Made by a program: the position numbers and the translations under genes. The notes under the pieces were generated by a model, which had not been told where the DNA came from, did no database searches, and worked only from the letters and a program-made list of their open reading frames with translations. 64,000 nucleotides of DNA from Botryllus schlosseri. Taxonomy: Eukaryota. Every line of letters starts with the position of its first letter. The first letter of the stretch is position 1. Below are positions 16,110 through 28,400 of the stretch, piece after piece. The stretch lies in assembly GCA_051294905.1 (NCBI GenBank), contig CM119383.1, forward strand, positions 6,262,001 through 6,326,000, given 5' to 3'.

Positions 16110-16782
16110 TGCTATGTGGATGTCGACGGTAGTATGATATACCGGTAACTCTGCTGCGTTATGTATGGTGGAGCATAACTTTTCCCGCTTCTGAAACTGA
16201 TGGGTATACCTGGAATCTCAACGCTATAAAAGCAAATGCTTCCTCTTCACAAATTGACGACTTTCTTCAACCCGCTGTTGTCATATTTGTTACGTCGTAA
16301 TTGAAACATGGTGGGTCTGCTGTGTATATTTGTATAGAATGAAAGTTGTGTCTGGCGCGGCAATGCTTCATTGTAGATTTTTCGGTTGTAGTCCTACTGG
16401 AGTTTGCACCCTAAAAATATAATCATGATTCATATTTTACTTGTTCACTAAATTGTGACAATTCGTATTTTATATATCGGCTGACTGCTGTTTATTTATT
16501 TGTGTTGACTCCAGCCAATAAAATCAATTCATCTTCGACAGGCACGTGAATACTCTCACCGTGATGTCAACGACGGGAGGAATGTGGAATTGTCCGATTA
16601 TCATTAAGGCAGCGTAATGCCTAATGCACCATGCACTGGCGGCGTGATTAAGATGCAAGCTTGGGGCAGCTCGTGAAGTAAGTTTCTAATTTAGCTTATC
16701 TGGTCACTTTGATTTACGCACTGGACTAAGACAGTGTTGCCAAACCTTTCTGACCTTGCGACGTCCGCCCAACGTTCTAAAT

Positions 16783-17957
16783 CAGTGGTTGTCAAACTTT
16801 TTCAGACACGCTTCCATGATGTTGGTGAAAAATTTCGCGCCCCCCTTATCGTCATATAAAAAATATTAAAAAGAGCAACCAGAATGTTTGCAATCTCATC
16901 ACATAGTGATGAAATGAATGTTTATCACTATTGAGACACCTCTCAAATATGAAATCTGGAATATATACAGATCAATAATTATGAGGTTGAAGCAAATCGC
17001 GACGAGCGCAAAAAAAACTTTCAGTTGAATATATCGTCAAAAATAATCATGAGCAACGGTAGCACGTAACATATACATAGTTTAGCGATTTTGCTGTCTG
17101 ATCCCTTCTATTTCCTGACTCGGGCTTGGCTCAAACGTACCTGACCATGAGCTAAATCAAAAACCAAATGGCGTGGGCCGCAGGTCATTCAGACTTGGCA
17201 CTTCTTCACGGGACAAACAATTTTTCTCTTTGGGTCCCAGGTGTTCAGCAGGAGAATAATTCAATTGATTACTTATGGGCTGCCATGAAATGCGCTTCTT
17301 AAGAATGGCAGCATTCTACAAAATGTGCCCTAATTGAGTATAGGCCTATACTCGGAGTGGCTACATCGACGTCATCGACGTGAGATACTTCAATCTAAAT
17401 CCTTGCTTGTCAGATTCAAAAGGCAAATTATACATGGCACGCGACATGACTTTATAAGCAAATATCTTGTTTCTTTATAACTTTGTGTCTTTATACGCTA
17501 GTGGTTCCCAAACTTTTTTAGTCACGCCCCCCTTTATGATAGCGAAAAAATTCGTGCCCCCTTATCGTCATTTCACAAAATGCAACCAGAATGCTGGCAA
17601 TCCAAAGGCTCATTCATTCATTTGGTGGCATGGAAGGTTATGACTGAAAAACCATAAAGGTATTACCTAACACCTACACCTACAGTTCTACACGCATTCA
17701 CCAGCCAATCCTAATTCAAAGACATCTTCTGATCGGTGAATTGTCCTGTATCAGTCACAATCTACCACCGGTGATAGATAGCACGACGCTACGCTACTAT
17801 GACATTTAACATCCAATATAATTAGGTTTATTGCAGTTGTTGAAACTTGGAAGTTCCAGCACAAATTAAACTCATTCCGAGTTCATAAACGTCATTTTTC
17901 TCTGGCGAATTCGTGCCCCCTTCAGATGCTTTCACGCCCCCAGTTTGAGAACCACCG
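16783..17957. mobile_element. hAT-type MITE with a duplicated left end
   Basis: Left end CAGTGGTTGTCAAAC, right end GTTTGAGAACCACCG, TSD TTCTAAAT / TTCTAAAC (7/8). A second copy of the left-end sequence starts at 17499. Confidence 0.7.
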
Positions 17958-19170
17958 TTCTAAACAGTTTGCGGCACGCTGACGCCAAACATGATTTTCC
18001 ACAGTTTGCATACATCATATTACCCGTGCCTTGCCCAGCTCATCGTAGCTTATCCTTATCGTTTCCAGCATGTTGTTCCATTCTCCGTTTTATCGGTAGT
18101 GTTGCTAACGCCAGGTTTGTTGCTTTGCTGCTGACGAAGCATTGATGAGTAGCAATTAGCTTAGCAGATTGAATACGAAACCACTGTGAAAATATTGGCA
18201 TGACACGTAGTATAATTTGCTGCAGTGATTACTGCGAGTGTGAGTGCTGTTTCGGTCCTGATCTAATCTGTACTGTCGAGTATGCAACAGCTAAACGTCT
18301 GGCTGGAATTGAGACGTGTATTCCTGTGACTCCTAACGAATTTCAAACTCCAACGCAGGGGCGTCAGCAGGCTACTTCACCAATCATGAATGTCATGGTC
18401 TTTGGGCCGCAAAATTGCAATAACTGAATCTGTCACAGTCCCCTTGAGCGTTGCAAATGGCACTCACGATGCTGCGGTACCCCGATCGGGTAACGCTGAG
18501 AAGGACTAAAAATATATACATATAAATGAATATGCTGAATTTGTACATAGATATTTTTAAATAATAATAATAACCTGAAAGTTTACGCTCTGTCGATTCA
18601 CCTTCACCTGTGCAAGATTGTAGTGTTTTCCGATGTTGACTTTGAAGTCTTGCCATCATCGGTATCAATTTTCAATTATGTGTGGCCTTCCAACTAAGGC
18701 CACGTTATTCATATGCGACCCGCTTGGCTATGAGTTTGCACAGTGCACACTCATGCGATAATTCGTAGTAGTATGACTGCCGTTTAGTTCTTTATATTTA
18801 TTTCAGTTGTTAAAATCATCTAATTTACGGCAGGCACACGACATCTCTCACTGTGACACCGAGGGCGAGAGGAATACGGAAACTATACCGATCAGCGTCA
18901 AGGCAACGGAATGCGCCGCTGATGCAGGTTGAAGCGATGGCATTGAAGACTTCGATAACCGCATTTGTTATATCCAGCCGTGTCAGTTTAGTCCTTCATC
19001 GCAAAACCGTCTGCAGGCAAACCGTAATGTGGTTAGTCTGGCGCAAAATTCATTATAGGAAACAGCAAACCGCCCAGTTATTTTCATGTTAGAGTACGCA
19101 CTCACCTTCAACTACCTGTATTTTCGCAGCCGACTCGCCTCTCTCTCCCTCCGGGCCTCAACTCTTCGAA

Positions 19171-19257
19171 GGTGTCTGAGCTGAGATTCGAACCTGCGAC
19201 CTTGGTGTCATGCCAGCTGCGCTCAGTTGACGCATTAACCAACTTCGCCAACACGCC
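19171..19257 (-). ncRNA. Pol III-type small RNA-like unit A (87 nt)
   Basis: Minus strand GGCGTGT-TGGCGAAGTTGG (box A)...GGTTCGAATCT (box B)...GACACC; ends complementary. Confidence 0.5.
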
Positions 19258-19374
19258 GACGTGAGGTCGTGAACGTTGTATGCATTTGTACTTCCACTTG
19301 CACCGGTCGGTGTAATGCACAGAATTTCATTTCAAAATACGGATGTTATTGATGAGTGTGCCTTCAGCTGACAG

Positions 19375-19460
19375 GGACTCAAGCCGAGACTTGAACCTAG
19401 GCCGCTGTGTCACGCCACGCCACCATGCTGGATGCAATAACCGGCTTCGTCAACACGTCC
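19375..19460 (-). ncRNA. Pol III-type small RNA-like unit B (86 nt)
   Basis: GGACGTGT-TGACGAAGCCGG...GGTTCAAGTCT-CGGCTTGAGTCC; GGAC/GTCC and AAGCCG/CGGCTT can pair. Confidence 0.5.
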
Positions 19461-19578
19461 ACGTGCACTGCACGCGTGTAGGTTGTATGTTTTTGTACTC
19501 CTACTTGAGTCGGTGCACGAAATTTCTCTTCAAAAGGTGACTGCTATTGTCAATGTGAAGTATACCTCGAGTTGAAAC

Positions 19579-19664
19579 GGACATCGGCCGAGACTCGAAC
19601 GTAGAACGTTGGCGTCACGTCACTTCCATTAGACGGACGCACTAATCAAGCTCGCCAACACGCC
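19579..19664 (-). ncRNA. Pol III-type small RNA-like unit C (86 nt)
   Basis: GGCGTGT-TGGCGAGCTTGA...CGTTCGAGTCT-CGGCCGATGTCC followed by GTTT; TGGC-GAG pairs with CTCGGCCG. Confidence 0.5.
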
Positions 19665-19776
19665 GTCGCGAAGTTTGAGTGTAATTATACTCCTACATAC
19701 CTGAGGGGATTGCTTTAATACATTTAAATTTGATTCAAAATATGCCAGATTTTATCAAGCGGTTGTTGAGAGTGAA

Positions 19777-19837
19777 GTCACTTCAATCGGATTCGAACGT
19801 GGGCGTTGACCGACTCCGCTAACTCTGCAGACACAGG
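19777..19837 (-). pseudogene. Internally deleted unit D of the Pol III-type array
   Basis: Box B CGTTCGAATCC intact, box A-like sequences present, central region missing. Confidence 0.35.
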
Positions 19838-19946
19838 GAGATTGTATGTATATCTTTATATCCTTGCTTAGGACACTGTGTCGGGTGGGAATAAAATTCA
19901 AAATATTCCAATTATTTCCAATCTTGGGACTCTTGGGACACTAGGA

Positions 19947-20032
19947 AACGTACGCGGACGGGATCGAACCTGGGGCTCCCGCGGCACGTTGGCCGGTCCA
20001 GCTGGGAGTTCAGCCAACTACGCCAACACGCC
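19947..20032 (-). ncRNA. Pol III-type small RNA-like unit E (86 nt)
   Basis: GGCGTGT-TGGCGTAGTTGG...GGTTCGATCCC, central CTCCC/GGGAG stem, ends in ACGTTT. Confidence 0.5.
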
Positions 20033-20118
20033 GACGTGTAAACACTCGCGAGTCGTGTGTTTGTATTTCTACTCGAGCCTATGGGACGGAAATCTTAACT
20101 GTGCGAGTGTACGTCGAC

Positions 20119-20204
20119 CTAGGAAATGGTTTTCACTCGGGGCCTCTTTGTCACCCCGGTTGCATGTGAAATGTGAACGCATTCACTATCTGCGCCAACC
20201 TGCC
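20119..20204 (-). pseudogene. Degenerate unit F of the Pol III-type array
   Basis: Box A TGGCGCAGATAG and GTGAA/TTCAC hairpin present, box B lost. 3' boundary approximate. Confidence 0.3.
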
Positions 20205-20309
20205 GGCTACGCTAGGTTGTATATATTTGCATCAGGCGCTTTAAACTATTAAATTGAAAAAATATATCACTCATGTGGACTTAAAGCCACGTTGTTGCTA
20301 GCTCTAAAC

Positions 20310-20382
20310 GGTATTCGGGGCAAGACTCGATCCTGGGCCTCATAAGCCACGCTGCCAACATTCCTAACTCCGCCAACTCACC
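20310..20382 (-). ncRNA. Pol III-type small RNA-like unit G (73 nt)
   Basis: GGTGAGT-TGGCGGAGTTAG...GGATCGAGTCT-TGCCCCGAATACC followed by GTTT; GGT/ACC terminal pairing. Confidence 0.45.
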
Positions 20383-20504
20383 GACGTGTGGATTAAAGGA
20401 TATCCTCATGAGAAGGTCACTTTATTCTACATATAAATTCAAAACATAATAATCTCGACAATTCGTAAACATTTTATGGACTCTATGCCCAAGTCGTCGC
20501 CAAT

Positions 20505-20590
20505 CCTAGTAAGCCTGGACTAGAAAACAGGGCCCTCGTGCCGCGACTATTGCGTTAGCTGAGTGCAATAACCAACTTTGCCAATTCACC
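20505..20590 (-). pseudogene. Degenerate unit H of the Pol III-type array
   Basis: Box A TGGCAAAGTTGG and TATTGC/GCAATA stem present; box B decayed to TTTTCTAGTCC. Confidence 0.35.
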
Positions 20591-20723
20591 GACTTGGATT
20601 TTTGCGGCCGGTGTGTATCTGATTCAGTCGCTTTATCACTCGTCGATTCAATTCAAAATATGCCATTTCTATCATTCATGTAGTGTGAACCTTGAGCCCA
20701 CGCTGACGTCAATAGTAGGAAAG

Positions 20724-20797
20724 GGATTCACGGCGGGACTCGAACCTGGGTCTAATGCATCAGGCCTGATGTGGTAGCCGAATCCGCCAATGCATCC
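20724..20797 (-). ncRNA. Pol III-type small RNA-like unit I (74 nt)
   Basis: GGATGCA/TGAATCC and GGCGG/CCGCC form a panhandle; box B GGTTCGAGTCC; central palindrome CATCAGGCCTGATG; followed by CTTT. Confidence 0.5.
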
Positions 20798-22433
20798 ATG
20801 TGTTGATTTCAATATGTTGTATGAATTATTACTTCTGTACTTGAGCTTGACACTTTATCGTACGGAAATCCAATTAAATATATGTCAATTCTAGTCACAC
20901 ATGTTATCCTGAGCGCAGGTGAATGATGGTGATCCCTATACTAAGGAGTACACTATTGTGCTGAGATCAAAACCTGCAGGGTGCAGCATCACACTGACTG
21001 CATTATTTGATCATTCCAACTCAGAGATAGTAGATGATATTTTACTCGTATTACCTGAACGGGCGCTTTATCGTGCGCCCGAGAATCAACTCAAAATATG
21101 GCAGTCTTGATCTTGTGCTCATGTAAACCATAACACTATGAAAGAATGAAAACATCGCATTAACCTGAAAATAGTTCTACACACCGTTTCATCTCCCACG
21201 AAAGCAACTTCTCTAACTTCAAAATTAACCTCGATTTTATCATGCATCGAAAGTGATTCGCGGAGAAATAAATAGTGTTTATACCAAAGCGATGGTTTTG
21301 AATATGGTTGTACTGGGAGATACTGTGAAAGAAATAGGGACTACAACTTGTGTAGGATTGAAAACCGACAGAAGAGTACCACGGGGATGTGTGACGCAGT
21401 GAAATGCCGTGTTCGAAGTCTTTTGAACGGATATTACATCAATCTCTGTGTAAATATTGGCAAGTCGTGCATGACTTCTGTACAGTGGTTTCTCTGCAAA
21501 CTTCTCCAAAACTATGGCTTCCATGCACAAATTCACATAAAGTAGTGGCATATTTGCGCAGATATCTGAAAATCATGGGCTCTCCGTACCAATTTTTGCT
21601 GATATGTGGCCACCGTGCACTGCACAACTTTATGGCAATCGTGCCTCTGCACAACTTTTCGGATACTGTGCCCTCTCTGTACATGTACATTGTACAAGTT
21701 AGTGGATTTGTGACACCTCTGTACAAAATTTATCAAATCGTGGCATCTATATACAAACTTCCGCCCAACCGCGACCCCTGTGTTTAAATTTTCGGAAATT
21801 GTCGCCTCCGAACAAAATTCCGGAAATAGCAGTCTCTCCGCACAATGTATCAGTAATCCTTCCATATATTTATCGAAACTACCTATAAGTATCTAATATC
21901 TATACATAATTTACTCATATTAAACAATTGCACAATTTTTCTTCTGCAAGAATTCTGATTTTTAATCACGCTTCAAGTTTTTCTTACGTATAGATATTTC
22001 TGTTTTGCCGGTTTTATTTGAGATGTTCAAAAGAAGCAGAGTTAACTTATCTTCTTATATGTGAACCTTTAGCGAGGCGGCGATGATTTCCCCACCATTG
22101 CCAGGCGAAATACAATACTAGGATTGGCCGCATCACGTCACTCCGTCGTGGGTGATGCCTGCAAATATGTGGCGTGGAATTCGGTCTGAATACAAACAGG
22201 AAGAAATCGCGCTGTTACGGTCGATCGCACAGTCGCGTGCCTCCGGCTCCGAGAAAGCGAGGACTTTTCAAGTTCTCTGGTCGTGATCGGAAGTCTCAAC
22301 TCATGTTCATCGCGAATTGCGGGATTTTCTGAATATTTGTCGACGTTTTTCAGTTGTCCTCCTTTTCATTTAACAAGTAGGTGGTAATTTTGCAGATTGC
22401 AAAATCACGCAAGTGGTAATTACAAGATGTAAC

Positions 22434-25400
22434 ATGGCTTCTGGAGGTGTGACAATTCAGGAAACAGCGATCGAAGACTCAGTACAAGAACAGCAACGGT
22501 GAGAAGCATTCTATCGCAGAGAATATAAATTAAGAACAACGATTTTTCTAGTCTAATTAATGCCTTGCTGGATCAAGCGTTGGTTAATTGTATGTTTAGA
22601 TAAGCTGTCGTAATCTAATATCAATTAATGCGCATTACATAATCTGTAATAATAATAGTTCTCTTACGTTAACACGGCGAAGCGCTTACATAAACCGTTG
22701 GACATAAGTCATTTTTACCATATCCATTTCGGGGTTTTCGGTGATTTAGTACACTTTACTCCACTGTGTCAATTTGCGTGACTTACGCTTGGACGTGAGG
22801 TTAGTTCTCTTGAAAGGTTTGGTTCACTGTGTAATTGCCGGGGTCGACTTACTACTAACACCCCGCCTTGATGCATCATCGACTCGGAATGTCAAAGACA
22901 CATGGAAGACATATGGAAGCCGTTTGCATTATTTCCAGGAATACGGCATTAGACAGACATGTTAATGTGATTGCAGTAGAAAATTGTGCAAATTTTGGTT
23001 TATTTTGTTATTTAGACTAATGGGGCAAAGCCACATTGAATCGTCAGTGACTTGTATTTTTAGATTATCTAGAATCGTCTGTGGTTTAAGAAATTCTTTT
23101 TACAGGCGTCTAAATATAAATTGAGTTGTGTATATATTTGACCTACTATAGAGCTATATGTCGCGGAGGGTATGTTTAACTTTCGCACAAGGGATATATA
23201 GGCGTAACTAAACCCAAGAAAGAGAATGGAATTCCTTAACCAAAACATAATTTGAAGCCGTAGATCAGAACGCGATTACACAAAGATTTCGCTTACGAAC
23301 CGCAGACGATAGGAGATATAGCTAGAAGTAAATTTACTTTGGCTTTAGTAGTCAGTTCTCTTAAGTTGGCGACGTAGGTGTGGTACAACGAAGACTATGT
23401 GACGGGATGGTACCAAATTTTCTTGTAAAATAGGAATTACTTTTCATGTTTAAATCATTGATGTCACCCGAGAAGATATCAGAACCGGATCAGCCATAGA
23501 ATGCTACATTCCAAATCTGGGCCGAAGGGAAGGTACAATCTCTAAATCCAGGCGAGATAGATCGCATTAAATTGAGGAAAAGCCTGCCTTGAAGGGATGC
23601 GCAATTGCGTGCAAAGATTACGTCGCGTACTATTCTTTAATTTATAGAACAAACATGACAAAATTCGTTAGATTAGCCCTGAGGTATTTTTTAGATTGCT
23701 ATTTCATAACTTGGCGACAAGCCTGAACAATAGAACCATTCTAAACGCAACGTCACAAAATTCGTGGTAAATTATGTGCATGGTGCTGTACTCGTTATTA
23801 TTAATCAGAGTATCATCAGTGCATGAACATCGAAGAATGATCATCCATATATGGTATCCGCTCATACTTCCAACCGAAGAAGTGGACTACTTTCAGTGGT
23901 GACTTTTGGGGTGGGCGAGGTGGGCGGTCGCTCGGGCCCCCTGGTCGAAGGGCCCCCTCTTTGGTTTAAGCGCTTTTTCCCGGATTATAGCGAATAAACA
24001 TAGAAATCCGTGCACCAATCAGGAATAGGATTCCGTACAGATGGATCAATCATCATCAAATCTCTGCATTTGCTAGAAAAGTCCCATATTGCGATTATCA
24101 TCACGTCTCTGCATTCGGTAGAGTTACTTAGTTTTGATGCAGTCTATCCTTACACACATGCAATAATAGATATGTGGCCTAATCCAGCGCCTGGCTCAAA
24201 CCTTGACGTGGTATGCTGGCTTATTACTAATGTCAGCCGATAGCCTTCCAGATTAGTGTGGTTTATTCATCCTGCGGCAGTTGTATCGGTATTCTATTAT
24301 TTCACGCTACATGCCATACATCTTCAACATGAAGACATGAGCTATAGTTAACTGTATTACTTCTTTTATAGTTTGACAATGTGTGATAAAAGAAGACTCT
24401 GGAGCTAGAGCAATTCCACATTTAAGCCTGCTTCAAAAGCGCGTTATAGTGTCATACACTCACCGCGTAACTTCGTTCCATGTGGCGCACTAATATGAAG
24501 TTGGTAATAATAGATGCGAAAGGTTGTGATTACATATTTATAACCCTCCCCCCAATCGTAGGGCCACCACTAAGCATTTTGCAGAGTAATATTTATCAAA
24601 CTCTTCAATTGAAACCTTCTTTAGAACAAGGCAAACCCTAGTTTTGTGGCGTAATCGTATCTACCGATTGTTTGTTTGATAAGCTATGTACGGATTTGTT
24701 TATTTTTGCTCGCCATCGACGATTCGAGAATATTTTCGCGATCGCATGGTAATTGGGTTGCTAAAGCATAACAAAAATGCGTCGTGCAGTCAATGTTATC
24801 GATTCAAGTCAACCGTGACCGTTCTGCCGTACTTTGACGCACCGTGAAGGCTTTACCGTAAGGCAGTCGGGTTGGTAACGCTCGTCCTTTTGATAAATAT
24901 AGTACTTAGCCCGAACTTAACTTCCAAGACAACAAAGCCATTGTGAGATTATCGTGGGAAGCTTTTGTTCAACGTTAAGTGCGACACGGATGAGATTTCA
25001 GAAGGTGTATCCTTCTAGCGACCGACGAACGAGAGTTTTGTGAAGCAACGTGCCGTATATCGTCACTCATTCACAAGCACACGTTACTCGGGCTATCTCT
25101 AGACTCACGTTTTTCTTTTGAAGCTGATTGATACTGACAGCTTGGAAAGTCATGGTTACATCACAAGCTTGCGCTGCGAGACGCTTAGCCAGCTGAAAAT
25201 TGTGTTTTTCCTATGTTACAGTACCGTACCTAGATTTCAAACCTGTTCAGACTACAGCAAGATATCGTCTACCAACGATGCCCGAATCAATTTCGGGTTA
25301 CAAGGTCAATTAATGATTCCCATTTACCGCAATATTTATTAATTTCCCAACCAAAGTGCGAGCGGCCATGTCCGAGATACCCATCAGAAATGCTTGTGCG

Positions 25401-28400
25401 CGGGCGGTGTGAAGAACTGTCGAAAATGTAGATGTATAGTGGACATTCTCGATTACGTAGGCCTGTGGGAAAATCGTACAAATAAACCCAACGCAAAACA
25501 ACTATTTCCGAAAAACGATCTATCATTTGACTGAAAAAGAGTTTGGCGTGTGCCGGCTTGATATTCCGTAGCTACGTCGCGTTCACAACGTTAATGAAAT
25601 CGCGTCAGTGATTCATAACTTGGTAAATCCCTCGCCCTGCGATGAGGGTGGAACTGCCGAAGACTTGACCTAGTTCATCTCGAGCATATTGCAGATTGCC
25701 GTAATGTAAGGCTAAATAACTCAATTGTGACAGAGAGGTACCACGGTTTCCTGACGAACGGGCATAACCCATTTGTCCTCAGCCGTGAAAGTGTTGTTCG
25801 GTTCTTTAGATCTCATGTAGATAGGCACATTTCTGTGGAAGAATATAGACTTCCTATAACATCTCAGTACCTCGTTTATCTCGAAAAGGATTATAAAAAG
25901 AGAATGAACTGGTATTAAGTGGACATATCCCCTTTATGATAATTTTAACGTGTAATGCGAATATAACATGGCGATCTGTGCTATAATGTGCGATGTCCAT
26001 TGATTTTGTGCGTGGTATATTGGAGTCGACGGGTAATACGCATGCACGACAGTACGTGAGGAGATAGAATGTATTCACATTGAAAGTATTAGCGACTTGA
26101 AATTTTTGGTAAAGAGTCGAGTTTTTGTGTTGTCAGAACAAAAACGATCGCTCTTGCATAGACGTATGAATGAATGCGTTATTTTGTTCATACGGTTCAA
26201 AGGGCACAAAACAACACAACGGAATAAGGCGCTAGGACTGGATTTTGGTTGAAATTTAGATCAGAAAAATTCTCCTGTATTAATTCGCAATTGCCTATGG
26301 GTATTGATTAGCATAGCATAGCAAGCGAGTGGGGTTTAGTCAATATTATTCGACTGACGATTTATGTTTCATATTTATTTGCGTTCCTCGCAGGCTACTC
26401 AATGCTTGTAACAATATTGAGGTATATTGTGGTTAATTTCTGCATTTGGATATAATTAGTAGAAAGGCGATATTTTTCCGATGTTTTTTCCATGCGTCAC
26501 AGACTCACGGGATGTACCGCGCTGTTTCCCAACTATCCATGAATTCCGTAATAGCGTGTGGTACGATAGGTTAAATTGTAACTATCGTTTCGATATATAG
26601 CCAAATGATCTTGCGACGCGATTACAGGTTGTAATATTTCTAATCCGGGTCCACTGTGAGACATGTTAGATCTTGATTATGTTTCTGATCCCGATAGCAT
26701 TTCCGTATGGGTTTGGTTACTTGCGGAGCATTTCTTCTGCGAAAATATGCGCTATCGCGATTTAGAATGTGTCGTCTACATATATGCCGCTTCCGCTTGC
26801 GGATCCGTTGAAATTGTTAATAATAAGTCACCCGCGGTCGCTCTCGAACAAGGCAACGTGAAATCTCCATAATCTATGATAAGTGACACTTACAAGCACT
26901 ACCGATCTCGAAATCTCGCAGAAATTGCGGTGTGCAGGACTGTGTCACATCCGGTGTCGCCTCGGGCCGGCGCTAGGTTAGCGTATTCGTTATCAGGGTC
27001 GATTCGCGGAGGTGGAAAGTCTGATGTTTATAGGATAAAGTAGAAACATTTCCTATTCAAATACCTGAGCAACGTATCAACCTGCCCGAGGGCTTAATTT
27101 CTGAAGATAACATTATACGAACGTTAAATTCTATTTACTTTGCTTCAGAATCGCGGTGCGAAAAATGGCTAGTTCCCAGGATCTATTAACGAGGATAAAT
27201 GAAGAGTTTTTGACTTGCCAAATCTGCTTCGAAAACTATACCTGCCCGAAAAGTCTTAACTGTCAGCATACGTTTTGCAAGAAATGCCTGCAGGAGTACT
27301 TCACTCCCAACTCTACAACGTTGCAGTGCCCAACGTGCAGATGCATGCAGCAGATGCCGAGCGGCGGGATCCAGGACTTGAAGGACAATTTTTTCATTTC
27401 GAGCATGTCAGACATGCTGAAGACGGTGAAAGAGATTAGGAGTGACGACAAAAACAGCTCGTCGTTGCTGTGCGACACATGCGACGAGGATTGCCGAAAG
27501 CCGGCTATGTCGCGATGCCTTGACTGTACCGACTTTTTGTGCAGCGATTGCTCCCTTTGGCACAGACGCACGAAACTCACTCGCGGCCACAAAATCGTTT
27601 CCCTAAAGGAGTTTGAATCGGGGATTCACAACGAGGAATTGAAGAGTAGAGCGAAGATATACTGCACGGTAAGGTTACCATGAATAGAACCGTGGGAGTA
27701 TTCGAAGGGAGAATCGTAAACGTGATGTATCCAGCTCGTCGAGTGTTTTGTTGTTAGCGTCGCAACTGTTTAGTATCAATTAGATCGCACTAACCGCTGA
27801 GCGGGTACGTAGCATTATGTTTGATAATAGCACTTAGTAAAATTGTGTAGGCGATTTCTTCATCGTACAGGTAATTCGTCAAATACACGGCTAGGTATAT
27901 GTAGCTAGAATTAATTATGTTCCACCCACAGCGTTTTAACGTCGCTATTGTGTACGATGTTCGGAAGCCATGTGTTTCAATGCGCTACCCAAAATACGTT
28001 GGTTTTGAGGGAATTGAGTATGTTTATGATCTCACGTTTTGCGTAAATGACCCTGTACCACCTCTAAAAGAGCCCACTGTTGACAAAGATTATTTTGCAG
28101 CCTGATCCTGCTGCCTATCATGTCACGTTGTATATATTCTATTACAAGTAAGTCAGTAATAGGATTATCGCCTGTTATGGAGCCTTAAAATACTCAGGAA
28201 TCACGTTCAACAAGGTGCTTTGTTCGTGTCAATTTATGGCGTTCCTTCGATCATTCAGACGGTTGTCAGTGAATTCGGGACTTGGCCACTTTGGCATTGG
28301 AAATGTACTATAATAAGCGATGCATCAATATTGGATTCATAAATTTGAACATGCATGTTTCACTAAATATGAGCGTGAATGGTGATATACGGCACTTGGT

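Noticed and set aside
19878-20252. 124-aa plus-strand ORF
   Set aside because: Runs antisense through array units E and F; no splice or domain support.
19171-20797. Array units as canonical tRNA genes or a CRISPR-like array
   Set aside because: No consistent cloverleaf (T-stem mostly unpaired, acceptor register shifted, no shared anticodon arm). Repeats are far too diverged for CRISPR, and the context is eukaryotic with no cas genes.
21533-21865. C2H2 zinc-finger gene
   Set aside because: His/Cys words recur at about 8-14 codon spacing, not 28, and there are no complete C-x2-C...H-x3-H units.
27263-27592. Minus-strand ORFs of 109 and 60 aa
   Set aside because: Antisense shadows of the TRIM RING/B-box exon.
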